From: Anaeromyces robustus
Taxonomy: Eukaryota
Direction: 5' to 3'
NCBI GenBank assembly: GCA_002104895.1
Contig: MCFG01000042.1
Coordinates: 62,001-126,000 of the forward strand
DNA: 64,000 nucleotides
Shown here: positions 13,824 through 27,100 of the stretch, piece by piece
Position numbering within the stretch: position 1 is the stretch's first letter
Layout: every line of letters starts with the position of its first letter
Position numbers and translations under genes: made by a program
Notes under the pieces: generated by a model
Told to the model about the DNA's origin: nothing
What the model saw: the letters and a program-made list of their open reading frames with translations, nothing else
Databases searched by the model: none

Positions 13824-15754
13824 TAATTTTTAAATGTTATAATTAATTAATTAATTAATTAATTATAATTATATTATAAAAACATAGGTCAAATTAATGA
13901 AGAAGAATCAATATATGAAATGTATAATAATTCATTGAGTAGTTATGAAAATTTATTTAATACAATTCGTAAGGTGACTGGAATTGAGGATGTTAATGAA
14001 TTTGTTCGAACATTTAACGATATTGAAGATAAAAACTTTTCATTATTTAATTATGTTAGTGAAATTAGTAATGAAATTGAGTATAGTGAAAATGAAATTC
14101 AAGCTTTAAAAGAAAAAATTGAATTTCTTAAAAAAGAAGAAGAAGAAAATCAAGAAAAGAAACAAAAAATTATTAAAGAGATGGAGGTAAAATAATATAT
14201 CATATATATACAATTAATAAATGAAATAATTATATCATAATTTATTTTTTAAATAAAATAATATAATAATTTAATAAAAAAATAAATTAATAAATAATAA
14301 TAATGATAATATTAAAAAAAAAATAAAAATGAAAATTATAAAAATTAACTTTAACATTATTCAATTATAATAAATTTTTTTTTACTTTATGGATTAAAAT
14401 GAAAATTAGGAATGTTTGGAATCAAATAAAGAAAAGAATGAAAACTTTATAAATGACACAAGAGCTAAACAAAATATTATTGATATTATATGTCAAAATG
14501 TTACAGGTATAATAAAACGATTAATTGATTATAAACCACCACCAGGTGCAGAATTTTATTTAACACCTACTACGTTTGTTACAAATGCACAAGCTATAAT
14601 AGAAAAACAAAATAAAACAAAAGAAGATAATATAGTTAAAGAAAATATTGAAACAGAAAATAAAGAAGATGCTGAAAAAGAATATTCAAATAATGAAGAA
14701 TCATTAAAAAATAATACCATTCAAGAACAAGAAGAATATTCATTAAAGAACAAAGAAACGGAAAACTCTGAAAATAAAAATGAATTAGAAAAAAAGAATG
14801 ATGAACAAAATAATGAACAAAATGATAAGATAGATAACGAAAAGAATAAAAATGAAGAAAATCAAGGAGAAAAATCATCCGAAATAAAAGATACCACTAC
14901 AGATGAAAATAATAATAATACCGATAAAAAAGAGGAATCATCTGATATAAATAATAATAAAATAAATAATTCAACAAATCTTTCAGAAGAAGAAATTAAA
15001 AAGAATAAAAAACTTACAGAAGATGTAATCAATTTAATTTTGAATAAACCAGAAACTAATAGAACTATAGATACAGAAATTGGAAAGAATGCTACAATTA
15101 TTAATCTTTTAAATGATGAAAATGTTAATTCACTTAATTTAATAGAAGTTTTAAGATATATCGAAGAAAAGATTAACGAATTATTAGTATTTAACTACAT
15201 GACACATTTACCAAAACGTAAAGAACAAAATGAAAATGAAATTAAACCAACAGAAAAGATATTTATTAGTAGCGAAGGTATAGATTCTGTACAAAATATT
15301 ACTCTTCTTGGACCTGGACCTGAAGCTCCTGTTTCTAATTTGAATATTAATATTCCTGAAAGGTAACTTGAATCGTATAATAATATTATATATATATATA
15401 TATATATTTTTATAATAATTATAATATTCATTGTTACTTCGAAACAAAAAATACTAATAATAATATAATATATTCAATAATAAAATAAAAATTATTATAA
15501 TAAAAGTGAGGATTTACCAGAATATTTGAATAGTGGTGAAGAGGAAAAGAGATTATTTACTCGTGAAGAATTAACGAAAAGAACTATCATGAATGTACGT
15601 CAATAAAATAAAATAAATTTTATTATAAATATTATAAATATATCGTTTGTTTAATAAACTAATTTATTATTTTATTTTATTTTATTTTATTATATTTTAT
15701 TTTATAAAATAATAGTATAATAATAAAGTTAAAGAAGATAATAAAAAAGAATAG
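12130..15754 (+). CDS. ODAD1: Outer dynein arm docking complex subunit, ODAD1/CCDC114/CCDC63 (DC2) family; exons 12130-12196, 12303-12405, 12601-12734, 12934-13115, 13223-13404, 13522-13703, 13888-14186, 14410-15362, 15507-15594, 15716-15754
   Basis: Coiled-coil protein with family-like motifs ELVRLQRQYRLMEGDRKSY, IEASTTAYEMRLEAQ, LEHDQKLRQFMNTK, IEDKNFSLFNYVSE, LRYIEEKINELL and FTREEL. All nine introns are GT-AG and phase-consistent. Confidence 0.85.
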
Positions 15755-16593
15755 AATTTATGGAAAACAATTATGTTTGCTAAATATATTACCATATAGT
15801 TGATTAAAAAGATATACCATTGTTATTATTAATTAAAAATATATTTATCTTTTTCTTTTTTTAATTAAATATATATATATAATAAATTTTTTTGAAAATA
15901 ATATTTAAAAGTTACTTTAAATATTTAATAAAAAATAATTATTAAATAATATTTATATTTATACAGTAGAATGTTATTACTTTATTAATATTATATATTG
16001 AATGTTTCTAATAAAATGTACTGTAAAGTGAAATAATACAATTGATTTAATTTTAATTTATTAATTAATTAATCAAAAAATAGAAAATTTTATAATTGTA
16101 AAAAATCTATAAATATTAATTATTTAAATATTAGAATATATTTCATCATAATACATTTAACATATATTTCACATATTCTAATACTTAATAATTTAAAAAT
16201 AAAAAATTTTATAATTGTAAAAATTCTATAAATATTAATAATTTCTGTGTTAGAATATATTTCATCAAAGTACATTAACATTAAACAAATTATTAATTTA
16301 GTATAAGTATTTAAAATAATAATCGGGTTAGATTTAAAATATATCTGAAATTTATATATATAATATATAATATATAATATTTTATTTGTAGAATTTTTTA
16401 ATTATTAATGAAGAAAAAATAGATTTAATAAATATATCTGGCTATGAGTGTAAAAGTTTTTATGAGAGTGTAGATTTTAATGATAAAAGAGATTTTGATG
16501 AATATAAAACTTCAGATGATAAAGATGTTAAATCCTGAGTGTTTTTAAACCTGTATTTGATAGAAGGAATATGATAAATAATTTAATAAACAA

Positions 16594-16595
16594 AT

Positions 16596-16658
<63 letters not shown>

Positions 16659-16750
16659 TTAATTTATTTATTTATTTATTTATTTATTAATTTATTTATT
16701 TAATAATTTATTTATTTAATAATTTATTTATTTAATAATTTATTTATTTA
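16594..16750. repeat. (TTTA)n microsatellite
   Basis: Visible tandem ttta units. Confidence 0.9.
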
Positions 16751-17304
16751 TAATAAAAATTTTATGATAAACAATTTATTATAAAATATAGCATATATTA
16801 GAATATATTTATAATATATTTATAATTGTATTTAAAAAGATAAAATTAAATAAACTATATAAATAATATATATGACAATATATAATTAATAAAAAAACTA
16901 ATTATCTTTTGATTAAACAAATAATAAATAATGAATAATAATATAAACATATAACTATATCAAAAATTGTTATCATTTTTATTTATTTTTTTATATATAT
17001 TTAAATATATAATAAATAAATGATAATTCCATATCAAATAATGTAAAATATTGCATATTAATATATTATATGTAAAATAAAAAAAGTAAAGAATATATAA
17101 TATTTGAAAAAAGTAAAATGATAAACAAATATAATTATTATAAATAAATAATTATGATGATAATATTTGAAATAAAAATATAATTATTTATATATTAATG
17201 AAATAAATCAATGAATAAATATTAATAATTTAAATAAAAAATTTATAAAGAGTAAGGTTATATTAAAAAAAATATAGAATGACTATGAATCATGGCACTT
17301 TTCT

Positions 17305-17319
17305 TAATAAATAAATAGA

Positions 17320-17354
<35 letters not shown>

Positions 17355-17378
17355 ATCAATAAATAAATAAATAAATAA

Positions 17379-17409
<31 letters not shown>

Positions 17410-17461
17410 ATCAATAAATAAATAAATAAATAATAAATAAATAAATAAATAAATAAATAGA

Positions 17462-17496
<35 letters not shown>

Positions 17497-17515
17497 ATCA
17501 ATAAATAAATCAATA
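17305..17515. repeat. (TAAA)n microsatellite
   Basis: Visible tandem units; source of the spurious LFIY ORF. Confidence 0.9.
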
Positions 17516-18216
17516 AATATATAAATAATATGTAATTAATAAATTAATTATTATTTATTTATTTATTACTATTATTTAATATATTAAACATTTAATTTTT
17601 TTTAAATAAAAAAATTGTATAATAAATTATATAGAATATACGAAAAAACTATTTTTAAAACTTTAAATGTCAAAAGACAAATAAAAATAATATTTGTGTA
17701 ATTATTAATTAATTAATTAATATAATAAATTAGAAAAAATATAAAATACAAAAGTTTATTTTTTTTTATATTCAATTACTAGTATAAATACAATAAAAAA
17801 AAACATTTATTTTCTTTTAGTTTTATTTTTTTTATTCGTTCTAAAAATAGAAAAATAAATAGTAAATAAAAAATAAATAATAAGCAAAAAAAAAAAGAAA
17901 ACAATTTATATACAATAATTAATTTCATTGATATCAAAATAAATATTGATACATTAATAATAGTTTTTTATTTATTTATAATTTTTTAAAGAAGTTACAA
18001 ATTATTTTTAAAAGTAAAAAAAAAAAAAAAAAAAAGAAAGAAATTTACTTATAAAAAATTAATATAATTAATAACTTATAAACAAAGCAAGCAAGGAAAC
18101 AAACAAACAAACAAACAAACAAACAAACAAATAAATAAATAAAAAATAAATAAATATTATATTATAAATTATAAAATTATATAATAAATTATAAAATTAT
18201 ATTATAAATTATAAAA

Positions 18217-18862
18217 ATGATAAAAATTCAACATGAAAATGTAATTACAGACTCTACCAGTCAAACTAAACCCGACGATTACTTAAAACAATCTTCTGAT
18301 TTATATGCCTCTAATCCACCTACTATAATTCCATTAGTTGGTATTTCTCCAGAATCTGAAATTATATATGAAGTAAATCTTTCAGTCCCAAAAGAAAAAG
18401 CAACTGAATATGTTAATTGGCTAATGCAATTTACAAAAAATCAATGTCAGACTACACCAGGTAAAACAAAAATTTAAATTAAATATATAATATTTTTTAT
18501 AAAGTCTTAAATAATATAATATATTATATTTTATATAATATTTTATATGATATATTTACTTATTATTATTAATAAATATATTTATAATTAATGATTAACA
18601 TATTATTTTTTGTTATTAATAAAGGTTTTACACTTTGTAATGTTTTTAGTCAACCAAAACCAGGTATATATTCTTATACTTTAAATATAAAATTATAACA
18701 ATATTATAATTATTAATATATATTATTTTTATAATTTTTACTTTATTCATTTTTATTTATATTAATAAACCTAACTATATTTCTTTTTTAAACTTGTATA
18801 TATATTAATCATACCATTTTTTTTACTATATTATTTTTATTATTTATTTACTACCAAAATTA

Positions 18863-18899
<37 letters not shown>

Positions 18900-19239
18900 T
18901 TATTTTATCTTTAATTATATAAAGCTGGTCTTCATTGGTTAAGCGAAGAGGGTAATTCAAAGGTATTATAAGCATTCTAAACAAATAAATAAATTTTAAT
19001 ATGTAATTTTTTTTTTTTGAAATTAATATGTTTTGTCTATTAAATATACATAAATATGTTTTATTTTTATATTATTATAGTGTTATTTTACTATTCAATA
19101 TCATATTCGTTCTCATGAATATCTTAAAGATTATTTAAAATATGAACAAGCCAAAGTTTCAGTAATAGAAATTGATCGTTTTCAATATAATATTATATCA
19201 AGAAGAGTTCTTAGAAATCTTTTTAGCACTTCATCATAA
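18217..19239 (+). CDS. DUF4286-like protein (159 aa); exons 18217-18460, 18625-18663, 18925-18962, 19081-19239
   Basis: Spliced CDS of 480 nt is open: ...IIYEVNLSVPKEKATEYVNWL...TPGFTLCNVFSQ...CYFTIQYHIRSHEYLKDYLKYEQAKVSVIEIDRFQYNIISRRVL... This resembles bacterial DUF4286 (IYEVNL....Y..WL...PGF...Y.....L..YL......RF....SRRVL). Confidence 0.75.
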
Positions 19240-21106
19240 AATTTATTCTTCCTTTTTTTTTTTTAATTATTAAATTATACCAATCAAGTGTATATTCTTT
19301 TTTATTGAATTGTATTTTCTTTATATAAAAAAAGAATTAAAATAACATTATTACATATATATATATATATATAATGTTAATTTTTTTTTTATTTCTAAAT
19401 TATATAATGTAAATAAGAATAATTATAAAAAATTATAAATAATTATGATATCTTTGTAATAATAAATTTCTTTGCTATTTCTTTTTAATAAATGAAAATT
19501 TATATAAATATTAAATAACTATATTTGAAAGAAATAATAAAAAAAATAAATATTTTAAATATTAAAAGAAAAACAATTATTTGTTAATTTTTTTTTTTTT
19601 TTTTTTTATTTTTATTCATTTTAATTTTTTAAAATTTTATTTAACAATTTGTTATTTTTATGTTTTTGTGCTACATTTTTATGAAATATATTTTTCATTT
19701 TATTTTTTTTTTATTTATTTCTTTTTTTTTATATTTTTATTTTAATTAATAATAATTCTTACTAAATAATTAATAATGTTTATATATCAAAAGAATAAGA
19801 AATTAATATATTATAAAAATTTAACATTTATATATATTTTTATTATAATAATCATAATATATATAATTTTAAAAACTTTAAAATTATATATTTCTTTATA
19901 AATCAAGATTTAACTTTTTAGTATTTATTTTATTTTATCTTATTTTTTTTTAAAAAAAAAATAATTAAAATATATAAATAAATAATTTAACATTACAAAT
20001 ATTAATAAATATTACAAATATTAATATACTATGATAAATAAGGTAATTATTTGTATATTAAATATTTATATAACTATTTTTCTTTTTAAAGATATGTTCA
20101 AAATGTATATTTTATTGTTCAATATTCTCTTTTATTAATATAAATAATAATCTGAACCATAAATACTATTTAATAAATGTAACCATAAATACTATTTGAT
20201 ATATGTATTTATTAAATAAAATATGTTAAATAAATAGGTATAACTAATATCATCATTTATCATTACATATTAAAAAGTATTTAAATAATTAATAAAACAT
20301 AACCTTTTATTATTTAAATATTCCATAAAAATTTTTTTAATTAAAGTTGATTTGATGTATAATACATTTTTTAAAAAAAAAAAAAATATAATATAAAAAA
20401 TTAAATTACATTTCAGATACATTATTAAAATTTATATACGTTAATTATTTATATATATTTATTTATAAAAAAAAAAAAAAGTATATTAAATAAAATTTAA
20501 TTTTTATATATATTCTTTATTTAATTTATTTTAAATAACTTTTTTTTTTTTAATATTAATTATAATATACTTATTTGTTATTTTTATCATTTATATTTAT
20601 TTTATTTTTTTTTATTTTTTTATATCTATTCCTTTTTCTTTTTATTATTATTATTATTAAAAATATTAAATAAATATTTTCTAAATAATAAATATTTCAA
20701 ATATTTAAATTTTTATAGAGGTAATTCATTTTGAAATAATTATATAGAGAAAGCAATATTATTTAAAATATAATATTACTTTATTTTTTATAAAATTGGT
20801 TTATATAACTAAGATTTATTACTTATGTTATTGCTGAATTTATTTATTTACATTAATTTAGCATATATTTTGCATATTTTACACAGAATAAATATTTATA
20901 TTAACTAAATTAATTTATATTTATATATTCATATTTTTTTTATTCATTTATATAATTATTAAAGAATTTTATTATTTAGAGAATTAATAATAATAATAAA
21001 AAAGATTTTTTTATAATTCAATCAATTAAAAATAATCAATATATATAAATTGTTCATTTTAATAATAAGGTCCCTATTTCAATATTTTAAAAAATAAAAA
21101 AGCAAT

Positions 21107-24100
21107 ATGGCTTTTCACTGGACTTCAAAAACCAGTAGTAATTCTTCAGCGGTAAATAATAAATCCTACTTAATATAAATACTTAATTATCAATAGAAAT
21201 AATAAAATCATTTTCAATAAATATATAAATAATTAATTTTGCGTAATAGAATTTATCTCATATATTTTAACAAAATATTTAAAAGGAATAATAATAATAA
21301 CGATAAAAAGATATATATAAATACTAAATATTAAAACATTTTATAAATGATTATATATATTAATAAAAACTGAAAATATTAATAAATTAAAATAAAATGT
21401 TTTATATTAATTATATATATTTATATGATATCTTACATGATTAAAAATATGAATATTAATCAAATATTAATATGTAAATATATATATATATATATATATA
21501 TTTTAAATTTAAATATAAATATTTTTTTATTGTCATTTATTATTTTTATAAATTAAAAAGGGTGTTGAAGATATGGTGTTACTTTCTAAAGTAACAGAAG
21601 AACAAATTGTTGAAAACCTTCGTAAAAGGTATTCATATAGTTATTTTAATTAATAAAATATATAATATATAATATATATTATATATATATGTATATTTAA
21701 TATCTATATATTGTATATGTTATTTTATTAACAAATTTGTTTTAAATATAAATAAAAAAAAAAAGATATCAAAATGATTTAATTTATACATATATTGGTC
21801 CAACATTGGTTGCTGTAAACCCATATAAACAACTTCCATATTTCACTCAAAAAGAAATTGGTATATATATAACTTTTTATTATAAAATATTTAATATTAT
21901 TGTTTTGTCAACACGTATTTCTTATAATAATAACGTTAATTTTAATCTATATTATATATAATTTATTAATATTTATTATTATATGCAATGAATATTAAAA
22001 ATAGATATGTATAGAGGAGCTGTAAGGATTTTTTTAGTTTTTATTTATTCTTAACATAATAAATTAAAAAATATAATATTATAATATAACGTCAATTATA
22101 CAATGATATATATAAATAAATAATAATAATTATTAATTAATTAGGCTTCACACGAAAATCCTCCACATATTTATGCAACAGCAGATACAATGTAAATAAC
22201 TATTATATATTATATAAATTATTTCTTAAAAATAATATTATGAAATAATTAATATATATATGTTAATTATATGACTTATATATAATTTATTTAATTAATG
22301 GAAATCATTTTATAGGTTCCAAAATATGATGACTGATGAAGAAAATCAATGTGTTATTATTAGTGGTGAAAGTGGTGCAGGTAAAGATAAAATTAACATA
22401 ATATTTTTTAAAATATAATATATAATATATAATAATTATGCTTTTATATATATATATTTATTTTATTTATTTTTTATCAATTAAATAAATAATTATAAAA
22501 TTAGGAAAAACGGAATCTGCTAAATTAATTATGTAAGTAATAATAAAATTTAAGTTTTAAATATGAATTTATAATATGTATAATAAATACTAATTTTTTT
22601 CTTTAATATATATTATAAATAAATAATTTTATTTATATATGTTTTTATTAAATATATTATATAAAAATTAAGGGTAAATTTATAATATTTTTATATCAAG
22701 AACTTTTAATTATATTAAATAAAATATTATCATATAATAGCATTTGCAAGATAATTGTATTTATAATTTATAAATTATTTATATTTATTATTACAAAATT
22801 ATTATTGATTCCTAGAATTATATTGCTGCAGTTTCAGATCGAGGTGGTTCTGGAAATAATATTGTAGAACAAGTAAAAAACATTATTTTAGGTGTAAGTT
22901 ATTAAAACTCATTACATTAAATATGAATAGAATTCAGTTATTGTATATAAAGTAATTAATGGAGTATATCTTTATATATTTTGAATCTATTGATAATATT
23001 TATAATATATGTAAAAGTCTAATCCATTATTAGAATCTTTTGGTAATGCTAAAACTTTAAGAAATAATAATTCATCACGTTTTGGTAAATATTTTGAAAT
23101 TCGTTTCTTGAGAGGTGGTCAACCAGTTGGTGGTAATATTTCAAATTTCTTACTTGAAAAGGTAAAATAAATAAATAAATAAATAAATAAAATAAAATAA
23201 AATAAAATAAAATAAAATAAAATAAAATAAAATAAAATAAAATAAAATAAAATAAAATAAAATAAAATAAAATAAAATAAAATAAAATAAAATAAAATAA
23301 AATAAAATAAAATAAAATAAAATAAAATAAAATAAAATAAAATAAAATAAAATAAAATAAAATAAAATAAAATAAAATAAAATAAAATAAAATAAAATAA
23401 AATAAAATAAAATAAAATAAAATAAAATAAAATAAAATAAAATAAAATAAAATAAAATAAAATAAAATAAAATAAAATAAAATAAAATAAAATAAAATAA
23501 AATAAAATAAAATAAAATAAAATAAAATAAAATAAAATAAAATAAAATAAAATAAAATAAAATAAAATAAAATAAAATAAAATAAAATAAAATAAAATAA
23601 AATAAAATAAAATAAAATAAAATAAAATAAAATAAAATAAAATAAAATAAAATAAAATAAAATAAAATAAAATAAAATAAAATAAAATAAAATAAAATAA
23701 AATAAAATAAAATAAAATAAAATAAAATAAAATAAAATAAAATAAAATAAAATAAAATAAAATAAAATAAAATAAAATAAAATAAAATAAAATAAATGTT
23801 TTAAAATTATATAAAAATTATATATATAATATTTTTATAATAAATAAGTAATATATATTATAACTGATATATCTTATTCTTTTATTTTTTTACTATTATA
23901 TTTAAAAATTATAAATAATAAATAACATATATAATTATATATTTTAAATCAAACAAATATTTTTATATTATATATACATATATTATATCATATACACCAT
24001 TAAATAAAATACATATATAATAAATTACTTTTATTTTATTTTGTTTTATTTTTTTTTTTCTTTTATAATTTTTAGTCTCGTGTTGTTTCTCCAGGAAAAA

Positions 24101-27100
24101 ATGAAAGAAATTTCCACATTTTCTATCAACTTACTAAAAATGCTACTGAAAAAGATAAAACTGAATTAGGTTTAAGTGCTCCAAGTAATTTCAACTACTT
24201 AAATTGTAGTGGTACTTATGATGCTGATGGTATTGATGATGCAAAGGAATATCAAGATATGAAAAATTCATTAAATATTTGTGGTATTAGTCAAGAAGAT
24301 CAAGATTCTTTATTCCAAATTGTTGCTGGTATTTTACATTTAGGTAATATTGAATTTTCTGAAGAAAATAATGAAGCTGTTGTTGTAGATCCAAGAACTT
24401 TAGAATTTCCAGCTTATCTTTTAGGTGTTTCAGCAGATGCTCTTCATGATAAATTAATTTCAAGATTAATGCAAACTGGTTTCATGAAGAAACGTCAATC
24501 TGATATTAGAATGACTTTAAATCGTGAACAAGCTTGTGGTACTCGTGATGCTTTAGCTAAGGCAATTTATAGTCGTATGTTTGATTGGTTGGTCCAAGAA
24601 ATTAATATTGCTATGAAAAAGCTCCAAGGTAGTAATCAAGATCAAATTCTTAATCTTGGTGTATTAGATATTTACGGTTTTGAAATTTTCGAAAAGAATG
24701 GTTTTGAACAATTTTGTATTAATTATGTTAATGAACGTCTTCAACAAATTTTCATTGAATTAACATTAAAATCTGAACAAGAAGAATATGTACGTGAAAA
24801 TATTCAATGGGTTCCAATTGAATTCTTTAACAATAAGGTTGTTGTTGATTTAATTGAATCAAAGAGACCACCAGGTATGATGTGTATTTTAGATGATGTT
24901 TGTGCTACTATGCATGCTGTTTCTAAAGGTTCAGATGAAGATTTTGTACGTAAGATGGATATTAATTGTGGTGAAAATAAGCATTATCAAGGTATGCAAA
25001 ATAAGTTCCTTGTTCGTCACTATGCTGGTCCTGTAACTTATGATTGTGAAGGTTTCTGTGAAGCTAACAAGGATACTCTTTTCAAGGATTTAATTATTTT
25101 AATGCAATCTACTACTAAACCATTTATTCGTAATCTTTTCCCAGAAAATGTTGATACTGATGATTTAAAGAGACCTACTACTTTCTCATTTAAGATTAAA
25201 ACTCAATGTCATGAATTAGTTGATACTTTAATGAAATGTACTCCATCCTATGTCAGATGTATTAAACCAAATGAAAATAAGGTACCAAAGGATTGGGATA
25301 GTAAACGTGTTGAACATCAAACTCACTATTTGAATTTAAAGGAAAACATTAAGGTTAGAAGAGCAGGTTTCTGTTATCGTCAAACATTTGAAAAGATGTT
25401 AAAGAGATATGCTATTCTTACACCAGAAACTTATCCATCTTGGAATGGTAATCCAAAAGATGGTGTTAAACATATTTTAGAAACCGTAGATATGGATAAA
25501 GATCAATGGCAATTTGGTTTAACTAAAGTTTTCATTAAAACACCAGAATCCTTATTTATTTTAGAAGAATTACGTGATAGAAAGTATCACGGTTACGCTA
25601 AGACAATTCAAACTTGTTATAGAAGATGGAAGTCTAGAAAGTACTTCCTTGATTTGAAAAAACAAGCTGGTGATATCTTCTATAATAAAAAACAAAGAAG
25701 AAGATTCTCTATTAATCGTGATTTCAATGGAGATTACATTAATTATTTGAGTAATCCAATTTTAAAACAATTAGTAGGTAAGAATGAAAAAGTTTATTTT
25801 GCATCTGAAATGAGTAAATATGATCGTAAATTTAAGAATGTTTCACCATTTGAATTTATTATTGGTGAACAAACAATTTACTTTATTGGTAGAGAAAAAG
25901 CTAAAAAGGGACCAAATAAGGGTAAATTCGTAAAAATTATTAAACGTGCTGTTCCTATTGATCAAATTACAGGTGTTTCAACTAGTGCTCTTGCTGATGA
26001 TATAGTTGTTTTCCATTTACCAGATTACGATTATGTTTGTGAAAATGTTTTCAAAACTGAATTAATTAGTGTTCTTAATAATCAATATAAAAAAATGACC
26101 CATAAAGACTTAAATATTATTATTTCTAATGATATTAATTACACTGTAAAGAAAACTAAATGGTCAAGTGGTGGTATTTATACTTTAACTTTCATTGAAG
26201 ATCCAACCATTGAAACTAATATTCAAGGTACCAATGGTGTACCTAAAGCAGGTAAAGCTATGATTAAACCAAGAGCTAAAGGTGCTGAAATTCGTATGGC
26301 ACCAGGTCTTCCTGCTGATACTAAACCAGTCCATAAGGAACCACCACCATCCTCTAATAATTATCGTGCTGCAGCTCCAGCTCAAACTCAAAAGAAATAT
26401 ACTTTAGATATTAAACCTTCTGCTCCAGCTTCCATTCCATCTCATGCTCCAATGGTATCAACTTATACTCCACCTTCTGCAAATCATCCTGCACCACCTG
26501 TTTCTAATGTTCCACAACAACATCCTGCCTCACAAACTGCTTCTAATCCAATTGCTACTGCTTTCTTAGCTAAAGCTCAAGCTCAAAATATGAATAATAA
26601 TAATAATAATTCTTCATCTGTAGGAGGAGGAAATCAATTTAAGGCAGCCGCAGCTAAAACAACACCTCCAACAAATCCAGCGATTAATCAAATTAAAAAA
26701 CGTCCACCACCAACTCCACCACCAAAGAAGAAGTTACCTACAGTTAAAGCTATTTATGCTTATCAAGTAAAAATTAAAATATTTAATAAAAAAAAATATA
26801 ATAAAAAAAATTAAAAAATTAAAAAATTAAAAAACAAATAAAACTATAAATTTATTTATTTATAAAATTATATAATATTATATTATATTTTATTATATTA
26901 TATTATTATATTTTTTAATTTATAATATATATATATTAAAATTTATTTATTTATTTATTTTCAATATAATATAATATAGGCTAGTGAAGCAGATGAACTT
27001 ACCTTTAGCGCTGGTGATATTATTTATGTTATTTCTAAGGATGATTCTGGATGGTGGACTGGTGTTAAACAAGGAGAACAAAAGAAGGGTTTGGTAAGTT

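Noticed and set aside
17304..17513. LFIY-repeat ORFs (also 36755-36952)
   Set aside because: Translations of (TAAA)n microsatellites.
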